64,000 bases of DNA, taken from Cyanidioschyzon merolae (lineage: Eukaryota). The stretch lies in the NCBI GenBank assembly GCA_000091205.1, contig AP006502.2; one strand, given 5' to 3'. Below the pieces are notes generated by a model, which saw nothing but the letters and a program-made list of their open reading frames with translations, did no database searches and was not told where the DNA came from. Positions 40,386-50,455 of the stretch are shown one piece after another; the stretch's first letter is position 1, and the number at the start of each line of letters is the position of its first letter. The translations under genes were made by a program, and so were the position numbers.

Positions 40386-42536
40386 GTGTGTTCGCAGGTA
40401 CCTATGGCTCGTCGATGGAAACTAAAGCTTCCAGAGTTGCGTTTCCTCAACTGGCGGCGCTGGGAAGCCTACACGGACAGTTGGGAGACGTCCTCTTCCA
40501 CGGACGTGGAAAAGCTCGTCGAACCAGCACACCGTGAAACGCTGTCGCTTCCAGACACCAGCGAGGTGCGTCGTCTACTTGCGAGTCTTGCACCGTTCGA
40601 ACTAGAGCGTCTGCAGTCAGTTCAAGCTGTATTCTGGCTGCTGAAGCCGTTCCTGTGGCCGCGGGAGTGGCGCATCCGGTTCTACGTGGCGCTCACCTTC
40701 GTGCTCACTGTTGCGGGCAAGGTGCTGACGGTGCTCGCACCGGTAGCGCTGAAACGCGTCATTGACGCGCTCGCGTCAGCACCCGTTGGCTCGTCCACCG
40801 CTGCTGTTCGCAAGGCAGTCACCTACACCGTACTATATGCAGCGTCACGCTTTGGTATGCAGCTGCTGAACGACGGCCAACGCTATGCATGGCTAACTGT
40901 CTCGCAGACGGCAACTCGTGCCATAGCCTTGACGACTTTTGCGCATCTGCACTCGCTCTCCATCGATTTTCACTGGCAGAGACGCACTGGAGAAGTCATT
41001 CGCGTTATGGACCGGGGCGTCGCATCCCTCGGTGAAGTACTCTCGGTTTTCGTATTCACCGTATTCCCAACCGCGATTGAGCTCTTGCTAGTGCTCTGGG
41101 TTTTTTTCGCCATGGGAAGCTTCTGGATTGCCATCACGGTACTCGTGTCGGTCCTGGTATACGGTGTGTACAGCAAGCAGCTTACCGAATGGCGAACGTC
41201 GTACCGCAAACTGTACAATGAGCGCGATAACGCCGCGGAGGCGCGTATGGTTGATAGCCTCCTCAACTCGGAAACGGTGAAATTGTTTACAGCAGAGGCG
41301 CGAGAAGTCAACCGCTACACGGAAGCCTATGTAGCGCTGCAGGAGAGCGAACGCACCCTGATAGCTACGCTGGGGCTGTTAAACTCTGGACAGTCGGTGA
41401 TCATTAGTTTGGGTGTTGGTATCTCGATGGTTATGGCAACGAGGCGCGTGGCACGCGGCGAAGCGAGCGCCGGCGACCTCGTCATGGTGAACGCCTACAT
41501 CCTGCAGCTGTATCAGCCGTTGCGGTGGCTCGGTTCTGCATACCGGCAGATTATGAGGGCACTTACCGATCTGGACAAGCTCTCAAGACTTCTTGCCCTG
41601 GAACCAACCGTCCGAGACTTGCCTGGTGCGCCAGCGCTGCGCCGTCGACACGGACAAGTGGAGTTCCACCAGGTGACCTTTCACTACGATGTCCTGTGGA
41701 GCGGCACGGAACCGGGTGCAGCGACGCGGGCCCAGATGCCCAGTACCGCCACTGACACTGCCACTGCTACTAGTAGTAGTAGTGGTGGTGGTGGTGGTGC
41801 TGGTGGTGCTGGTGGTGTTCACAACCTGAGTTTTACCATTCCGCCCCAACGGGTCGTTGCGGTTGTCGGTCCGTCTGGAGCCGGAAAGAGCACCATCGTG
41901 CGTCTGCTGCTTCGTCTGATTGACCCGCAACAAGGTGCCGTCTACATCGACGGTCAGAATATTGCACATGTATCCCAGCAGAGTGTTCGGCATGCGATTG
42001 GCGTCGTCGCTCAGGATCCTGTCCTCTTCAATGAGACCATTGCATACAACATTGCATATGGTGTCGATGCCGCTGCCACACCGGCTTGTATAGAGGCAGC
42101 GGCACGAGCCGCCCATATCCATGACTTTATCACCAAGCTCCCTGACGGTTATCAGACGGTCGTTGGCGAACGCGGCGTGCGACTTAGCGGCGGCGAGAAA
42201 CAACGCGTCGCCATCGCTCGAGCGATTCTGAAGAATCCCTCCATTCTGGTGCTGGATGAGGCCACCTCGGCGCTCGATACCGCAACGGAACGGGCGATTC
42301 AAGCCAACCTAATGGAGATGCGGACGGGACGCACGACACTCGTGGTGGCACATCGCCTCTCCACTGTCATCGACGCAGATGAAATCCTCGTTCTGAACGG
42401 GAACGGTGAGATTGTCGAGCGTGGTGCGCACGCCGAACTGGTGTCGCGACCTCAGGGCGCTTACCGCGCCATGTGGGAAGCCCAGGCACGCGCCCAAGTC
42501 ACCACATCGGATAGCGTGCCAAGTACGACGGCATGA
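40386..42536 (+). CDS. ABC transporter, B-family half-transporter (ATM1/HMT1-like TMD-NBD)
   Basis: Six-helix TMD, then Walker A GPSGAGKST, the ABC signature LSGGEKQRVAIARA, Walker B ILVLDEATSALD and an H-loop. A (AGT)n/(GGT)n microsatellite at 41771-41815 encodes an SSSSGGGGGAGGAGG insertion. Confidence 0.85.
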   Translation: MCSQVPMARRWKLKLPELRFLNWRRWEAYTDSWETSSSTDVEKLVEPAHRETLSLPDTSEVRRLLASLAPFELERLQSVQAVFWLLKPFLWPREWRIRFYVALTFVLTVAGKVLTVLAPVALKRVIDALASAPVGSSTAAVRKAVTYTVLYAASRFGMQLLNDGQRYAWLTVSQTATRAIALTTFAHLHSLSIDFHWQRRTGEVIRVMDRGVASLGEVLSVFVFTVFPTAIELLLVLWVFFAMGSFWIAITVLVSVLVYGVYSKQLTEWRTSYRKLYNERDNAAEARMVDSLLNSETVKLFTAEAREVNRYTEAYVALQESERTLIATLGLLNSGQSVIISLGVGISMVMATRRVARGEASAGDLVMVNAYILQLYQPLRWLGSAYRQIMRALTDLDKLSRLLALEPTVRDLPGAPALRRRHGQVEFHQVTFHYDVLWSGTEPGAATRAQMPSTATDTATATSSSSGGGGGAGGAGGVHNLSFTIPPQRVVAVVGPSGAGKSTIVRLLLRLIDPQQGAVYIDGQNIAHVSQQSVRHAIGVVAQDPVLFNETIAYNIAYGVDAAATPACIEAAARAAHIHDFITKLPDGYQTVVGERGVRLSGGEKQRVAIARAILKNPSILVLDEATSALDTATERAIQANLMEMRTGRTTLVVAHRLSTVIDADEILVLNGNGEIVERGAHAELVSRPQGAYRAMWEAQARAQVTTSDSVPSTTA

Positions 42537-42828
42537 GCAGTTGCACTTGGTCTCGCGTTCCGTCTAGTCAGGTATAGGAATTGCAACGGGCGCTGAAGCA
42601 GGTCGCATTCGAGGCGCGTGTGTGGCAGCGTCGCTTGGATAAGTGTGTTCATCCGACGTTGCCGCCATGCAGCATATTGCAGCAGCGTATAGCACAGCGC
42701 AGTGAAGCAAAACTCGATCAACACGAAGCACAAACAAGTTGCCGTCAGTGTCATGGTCCGATGTAGCTGCGTCATTTGAGTGTGCTGCTGTTGCTGCTGT
42801 TGGCGAGACGCTCGTCCGACAAGCCGAG

Positions 42829-45486
42829 CTAGCTCAGCGAGCGTTCAAAATCCGGCTCTGTGGAGATGAACAGATCCATGAGGTTGCTGCCGCCAACGCC
42901 ACCGCTGCTGCTGTTGCCACAGATAGCTCTATCCCGAGTATGGTCCAGGAGAAGGCTCTCAACAGCCAGATCCTGAAGCAAGGGCGGCGACGGGCTTCGA
43001 GTGAGCGCTCCTCCGCTAACACAAGCCAACATACCACTAAAGCTACCGTCAAGCTCGTAATCTAAATGAAGCCCAGCGCCAACAGCACCTCGTCGAAATG
43101 GCGAGAAGCGTTGCACGCCGTCGATGAGCGGCGACGCGTACGGTGATGATGCTCGCCGAAGTTTAAGCGTCCCGCCCGGAGACACCGTTCCCGGGTGCAG
43201 CGTTTCTCCGCGTTCCTGTTGACGTCGAAGATTCAGCACTTCGCCATGAAAATCATCGACAGCATCCTCGCCAACGGCATGCAGGTGCTTGTACCTCGGA
43301 GGCGTAGTGTGGCCCTCTGGATCCGGAGCCCCGTACGCAACGTGCTCGGGTCGTGTCCGGTCGTCGACGTCGTCGCCCACGAAACGCGTCCGCAACGCCA
43401 CTGGTGATGCATCACGCCGCTCTGTGTTAAGTCGGGCAATACGCACGCCATGCTGACATGGAGCCGCGGACGACGCAGCGCCGGCAACTGCTGCCGATGC
43501 GACGGCGCTTGCGCTGCCGTTGCTGCGCTTTCCTGGGCCTCCCTGGCGAGCATTCGCAGCTGCTGTGTACATGAATGCTGCACTGGATTGCTCAATGGTA
43601 ACCGTCGTCGCGATGCTAGTGGCACTGCTTGCGTCAAGCGATGTCCTGATTCCTGGTTCCCGACAAACACTTCGCATGGGGAACGGTCGAATGCCGTCAT
43701 GTCCGGCCGAAGGCATCGTTGCCAACCCGCCGCCAGCCGTTGCCGCGAAGGACAAACGTGTCGGTGAGCTGCCGCTCGGTGCCATACATCGCAACGGCGA
43801 CGCCAGTTCGACAATACCATCCACCGCTTCGAGCGTGCGGCTGCTCCCGGTCGGCGATGCTGGAATGCTGAGCGGGGCTCCCGAGCCCCACGACGCGTAC
43901 GACTGCGCGGGTGCTTCGAACTCCTCGATGTCGGCACGCAGGGCCGCTTCATCGAAAGCAGAGGCCTCCACATCTGCATTGCAATCACGATTGTTCGCTA
44001 GTTGCGTATCAAACGTCAGGGCGGCTATTGGATTATGGCCCCGATCAGGCAATGCCGCCTGCAGACTGTTGTAAATCGCTGCTTCCGCTCCAAGTTTCTG
44101 TGGCGCAGCAGCCCGCCACGGGGCTGCATTTGCATCTGGCGGCACTCGGGGGTCTTTTTTGTGTGCCCGCCTGCGCAGCGCTGGTACCCAGGAGCCGTCA
44201 GCGACGTCCATGCCGTTGCGCTCTGCAACGGGCGCGCGTTCATTGCAAATCCGAGCCCGATCCGGTCCATTGCTTTGCAAAGAAAGATTCGATGTGAGCG
44301 CTGCACCTGCATGTCGTCGATGCTCTCCACCAATGCCGGCACTGAGCAGGTAACACTCGATCGCACCACCGCTCGAACGCACATGCAACTGGTAAACGAC
44401 CGCCTTGGAGGCTCGGTTTCTTGCTTTGGGATCGTCTCCCCAGAGTAACTCGGTTCCTGGGGGCGCTTGCACTGCGATAACCATGTGTTTCTGAAAAATC
44501 GACAAAGACAGAATATCTTCATCAGTCAGATAAGCATAGCGCATGACTTTCTCGGACGTACTCAAACGACGTAGATCGTCGCGCAGGATGCGAATCTGTT
44601 CATCAAGTAGACGGTCCGACTTCTCCAACTCGAGAATCTCCTCGCGCAGACGAAGGATCTCCTGGTCTGCAGCCAAGTCGACACCGCAGACAACGGCGTT
44701 TCCGTCGGTAGTGAGCCCTGCACGTTGGACGGTCGCTGTTTCGGTCTTGGCAGGTGCCTCCCCGGACGCGTCACGATTCACAGCAGCTAGTGCGGTCTTG
44801 CGGGTGCCGGGGTTCCCAGCAGCGGATTCTCCCATTCCTTTCCATCGGATGTGGTTCTTGCCTTGTTTCTCGATGATCCCGACGCCCTCAAGCACATTGG
44901 TAATGTCATATATCCGTCGCTTCTTCACACCCAAGCGTTCCGCTACTGCGTTCAAATCCAGTAAACCGTCGTCCGTTTTAAAGACTAGATCGAGAAACCG
45001 GCGCGTCAGCTTGAAGAGCGAGCAATCCTGACGACAACCGCTGCGCCGTTTCGCGACCTTGGCCCCCGACGCTCCTCCGCTGCTGGTACGCGGCGTGCGC
45101 CCCAGGTCCAGCTCGTCCTCCTGAAAACGATCGTCTGGCGAGCTACTGAGTCCATCGTTCGGGGAACGAGCCTGCAACGGAGCGTCCGCACCGCCAAGCA
45201 AGGCCGACGTTACGGGCGACGTCAAACAGGTCTCACTATCGAGCAGCGGGCGACCCAGCCAACGCTTGACGGGAGTCGTCGCCGACTCACTCAGCTCCAA
45301 GGTGCCATGACGACCAGAGCCTCCGTCGGTTTTCGAAGTAGACCGCGACTGCCGGCCGCGCGGCCTCGCCGTACTCGCGCTCGGAAGCGCATCGTCGAGG
45401 ACGGGCGAGAACTCCACACTCCCCCGAGGATAGAGCGTCGATCGCCGGCTGCGCGCCTCGGGCGTAGCGGCAGCAGATTCGCTCAT
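42829..45486 (-). CDS. E2F: E2F-family transcription factor
   Basis: Winged-helix DNA-binding domain LTRRFLDLVFKTDDGLLDLNAVAERLGVKKRRIYDITNVLEGVGIIEKQGKNHIRWKG. This is followed by a leucine-zipper-like coiled coil and a marked-box-like region. Both ends are long and low-complexity. Confidence 0.7.
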   Translation of the reverse strand: MSESAAATPEARSRRSTLYPRGSVEFSPVLDDALPSASTARPRGRQSRSTSKTDGGSGRHGTLELSESATTPVKRWLGRPLLDSETCLTSPVTSALLGGADAPLQARSPNDGLSSSPDDRFQEDELDLGRTPRTSSGGASGAKVAKRRSGCRQDCSLFKLTRRFLDLVFKTDDGLLDLNAVAERLGVKKRRIYDITNVLEGVGIIEKQGKNHIRWKGMGESAAGNPGTRKTALAAVNRDASGEAPAKTETATVQRAGLTTDGNAVVCGVDLAADQEILRLREEILELEKSDRLLDEQIRILRDDLRRLSTSEKVMRYAYLTDEDILSLSIFQKHMVIAVQAPPGTELLWGDDPKARNRASKAVVYQLHVRSSGGAIECYLLSAGIGGEHRRHAGAALTSNLSLQSNGPDRARICNERAPVAERNGMDVADGSWVPALRRRAHKKDPRVPPDANAAPWRAAAPQKLGAEAAIYNSLQAALPDRGHNPIAALTFDTQLANNRDCNADVEASAFDEAALRADIEEFEAPAQSYASWGSGAPLSIPASPTGSSRTLEAVDGIVELASPLRCMAPSGSSPTRLSFAATAGGGLATMPSAGHDGIRPFPMRSVCREPGIRTSLDASSATSIATTVTIEQSSAAFMYTAAANARQGGPGKRSNGSASAVASAAVAGAASSAAPCQHGVRIARLNTERRDASPVALRTRFVGDDVDDRTRPEHVAYGAPDPEGHTTPPRYKHLHAVGEDAVDDFHGEVLNLRRQQERGETLHPGTVSPGGTLKLRRASSPYASPLIDGVQRFSPFRRGAVGAGLHLDYELDGSFSGMLACVSGGALTRSPSPPLLQDLAVESLLLDHTRDRAICGNSSSGGVGGSNLMDLFISTEPDFERSLS

Positions 45487-46187
45487 GTGTTCCGGTTAAC
45501 GAGCAACAGCCCGGTAAACAGTTAGCGTCTAGGTTGTGCACCTGCACAATAAGCGACTCAATCGTGCACACACACACACACACGCAAACACACCGCGCAC
45601 CAGGGCACTGTATCGCAGGCAGACCCTCCGTGGAGCACGCAAAATGTAACGGCCTTGCGGGAGCACGTCACACACGTGCTGCCGCCAGATGTGTACCGAG
45701 GCGGCGCTCCGACGAACGCCGCGCGCAGATCATCCGCCACCGAAGGCGGCAACGGCGATGCAGCGTATCGACGCTTCGATGCACGCATCGCCGCCAATTT
45801 CCCGCGCTTTCGCTACGTGGCGCCGCGCGTCACGAGTTTCGTTACTGCAGCGGGCGAGCGGGCGCGCGTGCGCCTGCCCTACAGCGTGTGTCCGTGCTCT
45901 GGGAAGGATCGATGGCGGTTTCCCGCTTGCTTTACGCTCGGATCATGGGATGCACGATCGCGTCGATCTTGACCGTTGATACGCGAGCAGTGCATGAACG
46001 GACACGTGTCCGCTGTATGGAGCGCTACAGAGGCACGGCGTCGATACCGATGCATGCACACTGGAATCGCGTGCGTGTGCGTGCCACCTGGCGCTGCATG
46101 CAGCGGACACGTGTTCGTTTGGGCATATCCCTACGTCATCGCCTTGGCGTTCGGCGCTGCGAGCATTCGCCCGTCGAAGGCGATGAC

Positions 46188-47972
46188 TCAGCGGTATCGC
46201 TGACGCTTCACCGGACGCATGTCCGCGAGGCAACGGTTTGGATCCAGGCTCTGGAGAGGCCCGTCACGGCGATAGGATGCCTTGCGTACCGACGCTACAG
46301 ATACCGGTGTGGTGGCCTCAATAGCGGGGACCGGGATGAGTTGCGCGGCTGCCGGTACACGGAGACGGCATTGCAGAGCAGCGCTATCACCAGTGCCGAT
46401 GTGCCTCTCTGCGCTCAGCGGCGGGTGCGAGCTCGCCCAGAATCCCGTCAAGCCACTGTTATCGCACGGGCGTAGTAGGAACCAGCGCTTCTTCGATGTC
46501 GCATGCTGATGTCCGCGTTCGTCGAGCTCCGAAGCCACAACCGTGGCCGTCTCCAGGGCGCATGTCACGGTGCTTCCGGGGCGGTAGAGAAGCTGGCGGA
46601 GGAGGTCTCGTAGTCGACAACGCAGGTTATGCAAATCATCGTCTAATTCAGAGCTGATGTTTGCAAGATCTTCCAGTTGTCTTTCGAGATGCGCGCGCTG
46701 CGCACGAGCGCCTGTCGCTGCGCTCAGCAGTCGGCTCGGGGTCAGACTTCGTAAACGAATGCGCATCGAGGGTGTTTTGTAGTTACCGCCGCGCGCTTCT
46801 CGCTCGAGAATGCCGATCGCCTCGAGCACGCTGATGACGTCGTAGATTCGACGAGGAGCTACCTTCAACGCTGTCGCTAAGCTCGAGCACGTCTGGTGCT
46901 CGGCGTACGATGCTTTTCCTTCGGCCTGCGGAGCAAACAGTCCCAGCAAATGCGCCGTCAGAAATCCAATGCTCCGCGCATAGCGACCCGAGGTACGTGG
47001 CGAGTCTGGGTGGCAATCCTCACCGGTCGCAGGACCTGATCCATGCAAATGCTGGTCATGCGGTCGCGGGTGGTACGGGTGGAAATGCTTCAGCAGAAAC
47101 GATGGATTGGTCATAAGGATTCCGATATCTATATCGGGGTGTGCAGCGTACGGGCTCGACGGCGTGTCTGCCGCCGCGGCGCTCGGCGATGCCTGTTCCG
47201 CCACGGATGCTGCAATGCACTGCCGCACCGTGAGTTGCTCGGATGCGACGTTCCTGCGGCCGAGCGTCTGCTTTTCTCGGGCCCCTGAAGCTTCGTACAA
47301 CGCATCCATCAGAGAGCGGGGTTGCAGCGGTTGGTGCTCTGTTCCACGGATTGGGCGGCGAGGTTGTGGTCGTCGTCCTGGCGATCCAGCGCTCGGCGCG
47401 TTCAGAACTGTATCGCCTCTGTCCGCAGCGAGTCGATCAATCTGCTCGGTGCACCAGCCCGGCCACTCTTTGTCGGGTGCCTGCCCCAGGCACGCTCTCA
47501 GCGTCGGTGAAAATGCCGATACGCCGAGCGGCGAACTCGACACGCCCTGCGACATACGCCGATAAGACACCGGCGTCTTCGGAATATCTGGGCTCACATA
47601 CCACAGAAAACTCTCAATGCCCCCGAATGAACACGGACTCTGGGGAACAGCCGTTGCTTGCGTCACTGGTCGGGCCGGTGCGACCGCACTGCCGCTGTCT
47701 GTGGCCTCGACAGCTCGAAAGCGACTATTCCTCGACCAGGGTATGAGGTCATGTGGTGACCACTCTGAAAGCGGCAGCCACGGCGGTGCTCCTCTGGAGG
47801 TCGGCTCGGGTGAGGCGGCCCGCGTCCGCCCAGCGGCTCCGTCAGCAAGTGCTTGGCTTGGTGTATCGGGGTGTTCCTTGGCGACGCGTTGCGCGTTGCC
47901 CGCGCTAGCCACGCGCTCGGGGAAAGCGGCCACCTCATCGCATAAGAGCGCTTTCCAGTCGATGTCGTCCAT
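46188..47972 (-). CDS. second E2F-family-like winged-helix protein (tandem paralogue, more divergent)
   Basis: SGRYARSIGFLTAHLLGLF....SLATALKVAPRRIYDVISVLEAIGILEREARGGNYK, then the coiled coil LERQLEDLANISSELDDDLHNLRCRLRDLL. Confidence 0.5.
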   Translation of the reverse strand: MDDIDWKALLCDEVAAFPERVASAGNAQRVAKEHPDTPSQALADGAAGRTRAASPEPTSRGAPPWLPLSEWSPHDLIPWSRNSRFRAVEATDSGSAVAPARPVTQATAVPQSPCSFGGIESFLWYVSPDIPKTPVSYRRMSQGVSSSPLGVSAFSPTLRACLGQAPDKEWPGWCTEQIDRLAADRGDTVLNAPSAGSPGRRPQPRRPIRGTEHQPLQPRSLMDALYEASGAREKQTLGRRNVASEQLTVRQCIAASVAEQASPSAAAADTPSSPYAAHPDIDIGILMTNPSFLLKHFHPYHPRPHDQHLHGSGPATGEDCHPDSPRTSGRYARSIGFLTAHLLGLFAPQAEGKASYAEHQTCSSLATALKVAPRRIYDVISVLEAIGILEREARGGNYKTPSMRIRLRSLTPSRLLSAATGARAQRAHLERQLEDLANISSELDDDLHNLRCRLRDLLRQLLYRPGSTVTCALETATVVASELDERGHQHATSKKRWFLLRPCDNSGLTGFWASSHPPLSAERHIGTGDSAALQCRLRVPAAAQLIPVPAIEATTPVSVASVRKASYRRDGPLQSLDPNRCLADMRPVKRQRYR

Positions 47973-49105
47973 TATGAGAGCATAAACTCGAGATCAGGTG
48001 CCCAATCACATCTAGTCTCTTTAGAGCTGACCCAGTATACTCGTTGAGTGCAGCACGTGCAAGAATTGAAACCTGGTGGCGGGAAAAATGTCGAGTTGGC
48101 GAGTGGCGCCGAGTGCGGCGTACCACGTGCTGCCGGTCGAAGCGATGGCATCTTGAGTTGTCCTTTAGGTTCACGTTTGAGCAAAAACTACTCGATGCCA
48201 TCCGCAGGCCCTTCGCCAGCTGCAGCTCAGCGTTGGCATCCTGCGTTTCATACGAGCAGTAGGATCCTGCTATGGCTGGGGCTCAGCGTCGGGGAATTAG
48301 CGGATGTTTTGTCGAGCAAGGCTCTCTGGTACGTAGCAGCGACCTGTAAGCGGTGCTATGACGGGTTGCTCGTGCCAGGAGCGGCCGTGATCGGTTCGTA
48401 CTCCCGAAATAAAATGCCGTGTCAGATTACTACAGAATAGGAGCTTCTCGCAAAGTTCTTACCTTTCGATACTGCTTGAACATTTGTTGAGATTTAGTAC
48501 TTCGACAACCCAGGTATAGCTATAAGGGCTTATAGATTCGTGAGTCGTTTCGGGATTATCGGTTGGGGTGTCGGCGTGGCGCCTTTAGCGATTTGCAGCT
48601 GGAGTTCCTTAGGTTATTGGAAACAAGATGATTCGCGATGCCTGCGAACACGCGCACTTACAATAACCGATGTCATTGACCAGTGCACTCGTGCAAGTTT
48701 TCATGCTTTCCCTTTGGATACCGTGGAGCAGGCGCACATCACGCAATCCTCGGTTTTCCCGATCTTTGTTTCTTGAGGGAGCTCGTGCGCGCAGCAACTT
48801 GCACAGCTGGACTGGCGATGAACAATATTCGACGGTGTCATTTGTCGACTTGTTGACAAGTTCATGCCGAAACACCACTGAAATTTTCACGTCAAATAAT
48901 CCGTTTTGTTCAAAAGACGAGTCCTGCTCTCTTTCTAGCCATCGACGTAACCGCATTCGATACCACCAGCAGCAGCAGCAGCATGATACCTGTCAGGGGA
49001 TGTGCTCCCAGATGCGTCCATTTCATCTCTTTCCATGGAAAAGAATATTTGACTCGGCATTCTGTCATTGCGACGATGGCCTAGTTTCGACAGATTGTCA
49101 TCACT

Positions 49106-49670
49106 TTGCACGAGGTGAGCGTAGATGGATCGAAATTTTTCGACTTGTTCCCAAGCATAGATCATACTTCCCATGCTTGGCGCATGATGATAAACATCGC
49201 TTGCCACAAATCCTTTATCGAATCGTGCAGCGTGCGCCTCTACGTGTCGCAAGCAGCATATTCGCCACGGACGTTGCCCGGAAGAGGCCCGTAATTGTAG
49301 CGTATGGCACCGGGCGTAGAAACTGAGCAGGGCTTGCACGGGAGCCCTCAGAATCCGTCAAGGGCATGAACGGAACGTTAACGAAATTCTTTCCTCGCGA
49401 CAGGAGTCCTTCGAATGAGAGATTGTAGTGGATCCCTACGTAAACATGACCAGCGACAAGCGTCAACACTGCGACGGGCGCACCAGCGCTGTATTCAGAT
49501 GGGATGCACATCGTAAGCGACGTGTAGATCGCAACTATCGCCTGTGCATGAAATGCGTCGACCAGCGCCAGGATCAGCAAAATCGGGATTTGAACGCAAC
49601 CATCAACATCTTTCGACAACTAGCAACGAAGCTGTACGAGTACGAGAGACCGGCGCATTCAAAGCCATAG
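49106..49670 (+). pseudogene. second, unrelated TnpB/Fanzor-like remnant (C-terminal zinc finger plus RuvC-III only)
   Basis: ORF 49428..49670 reads ..TSDKRQHCDGRTSAVF...RNYRLCMKCVDQRQDQQNRDLNATINIFRQ. That is the CxxC..CxxC zinc finger followed by RDxNAxINI, exactly the TnpB C-terminal architecture. An upstream fragment in another frame (FPSIDHTSHAW) resembles the preceding TS block. No RuvC-I could be found upstream, so this is a heavily decayed fragment. Confidence 0.45.
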
Positions 49671-50455
49671 ATAACAGAGTGGACTATGAAGCACTCGCCG
49701 AAGCAAGGCCCAAATCCTGGTTTTCATACCATGGCGATTTACCCAGACTATAGTATGTACGCCCGGGCTGGTTAAATGGACCGGTTCCTCTTTGCCCTAA
49801 AGTACGCAGAGAACACAGACACGCTGAGCGATTCTGAGCAGCACTGGAGTGACTTCTCGGAAAGTGGAACCGTCGTTGGATCCCCGAACTCCATGTCCAT
49901 ACGTTTCCCTTAGATTTCATATTTCTTCAGATGAACGCAATTCGTACATATCTGTTATAATCCGCGAGAAAGCATTTGATTACATGCATCTCGAACTGGA
50001 ACCCAATTCAGCCGAAAAACTGGAAATGGGCATACGAGATCGCCCGTGCGTCCGCAATCCTAACGACCGCATCGACGAAGGTGATCCAACAATGGACAAA
50101 AGATATCTTGCACATCGCCTCGCACACGTCGCATGCTAAATACTCAATCATAGTCATTTAGGCATATTTATATCCTAAAAGTACACAGTGTTTCCGATCG
50201 CCCCCAAGCTGATGCGCACTGCCCGCGTCCCCGCAGACACGCGAAAGAGCGCGCGCGCGCGCGGCTGAAGGCTCGCGATCTCCGCATACCCGCAGTAGCG
50301 CCCCATGGGCGGTGGCGGCAGCGCTCCTTGGCGCCAACGCTGATCCCGCGCATGCATGCGAGCGCACGCACTGTAGCGCGTCACGCTGTGACCTGTAGAC
50401 GCCATAGCATTTCGGGTCCTGAGGCAGTGGAGCAACACGCTCAACATCGACTGAA

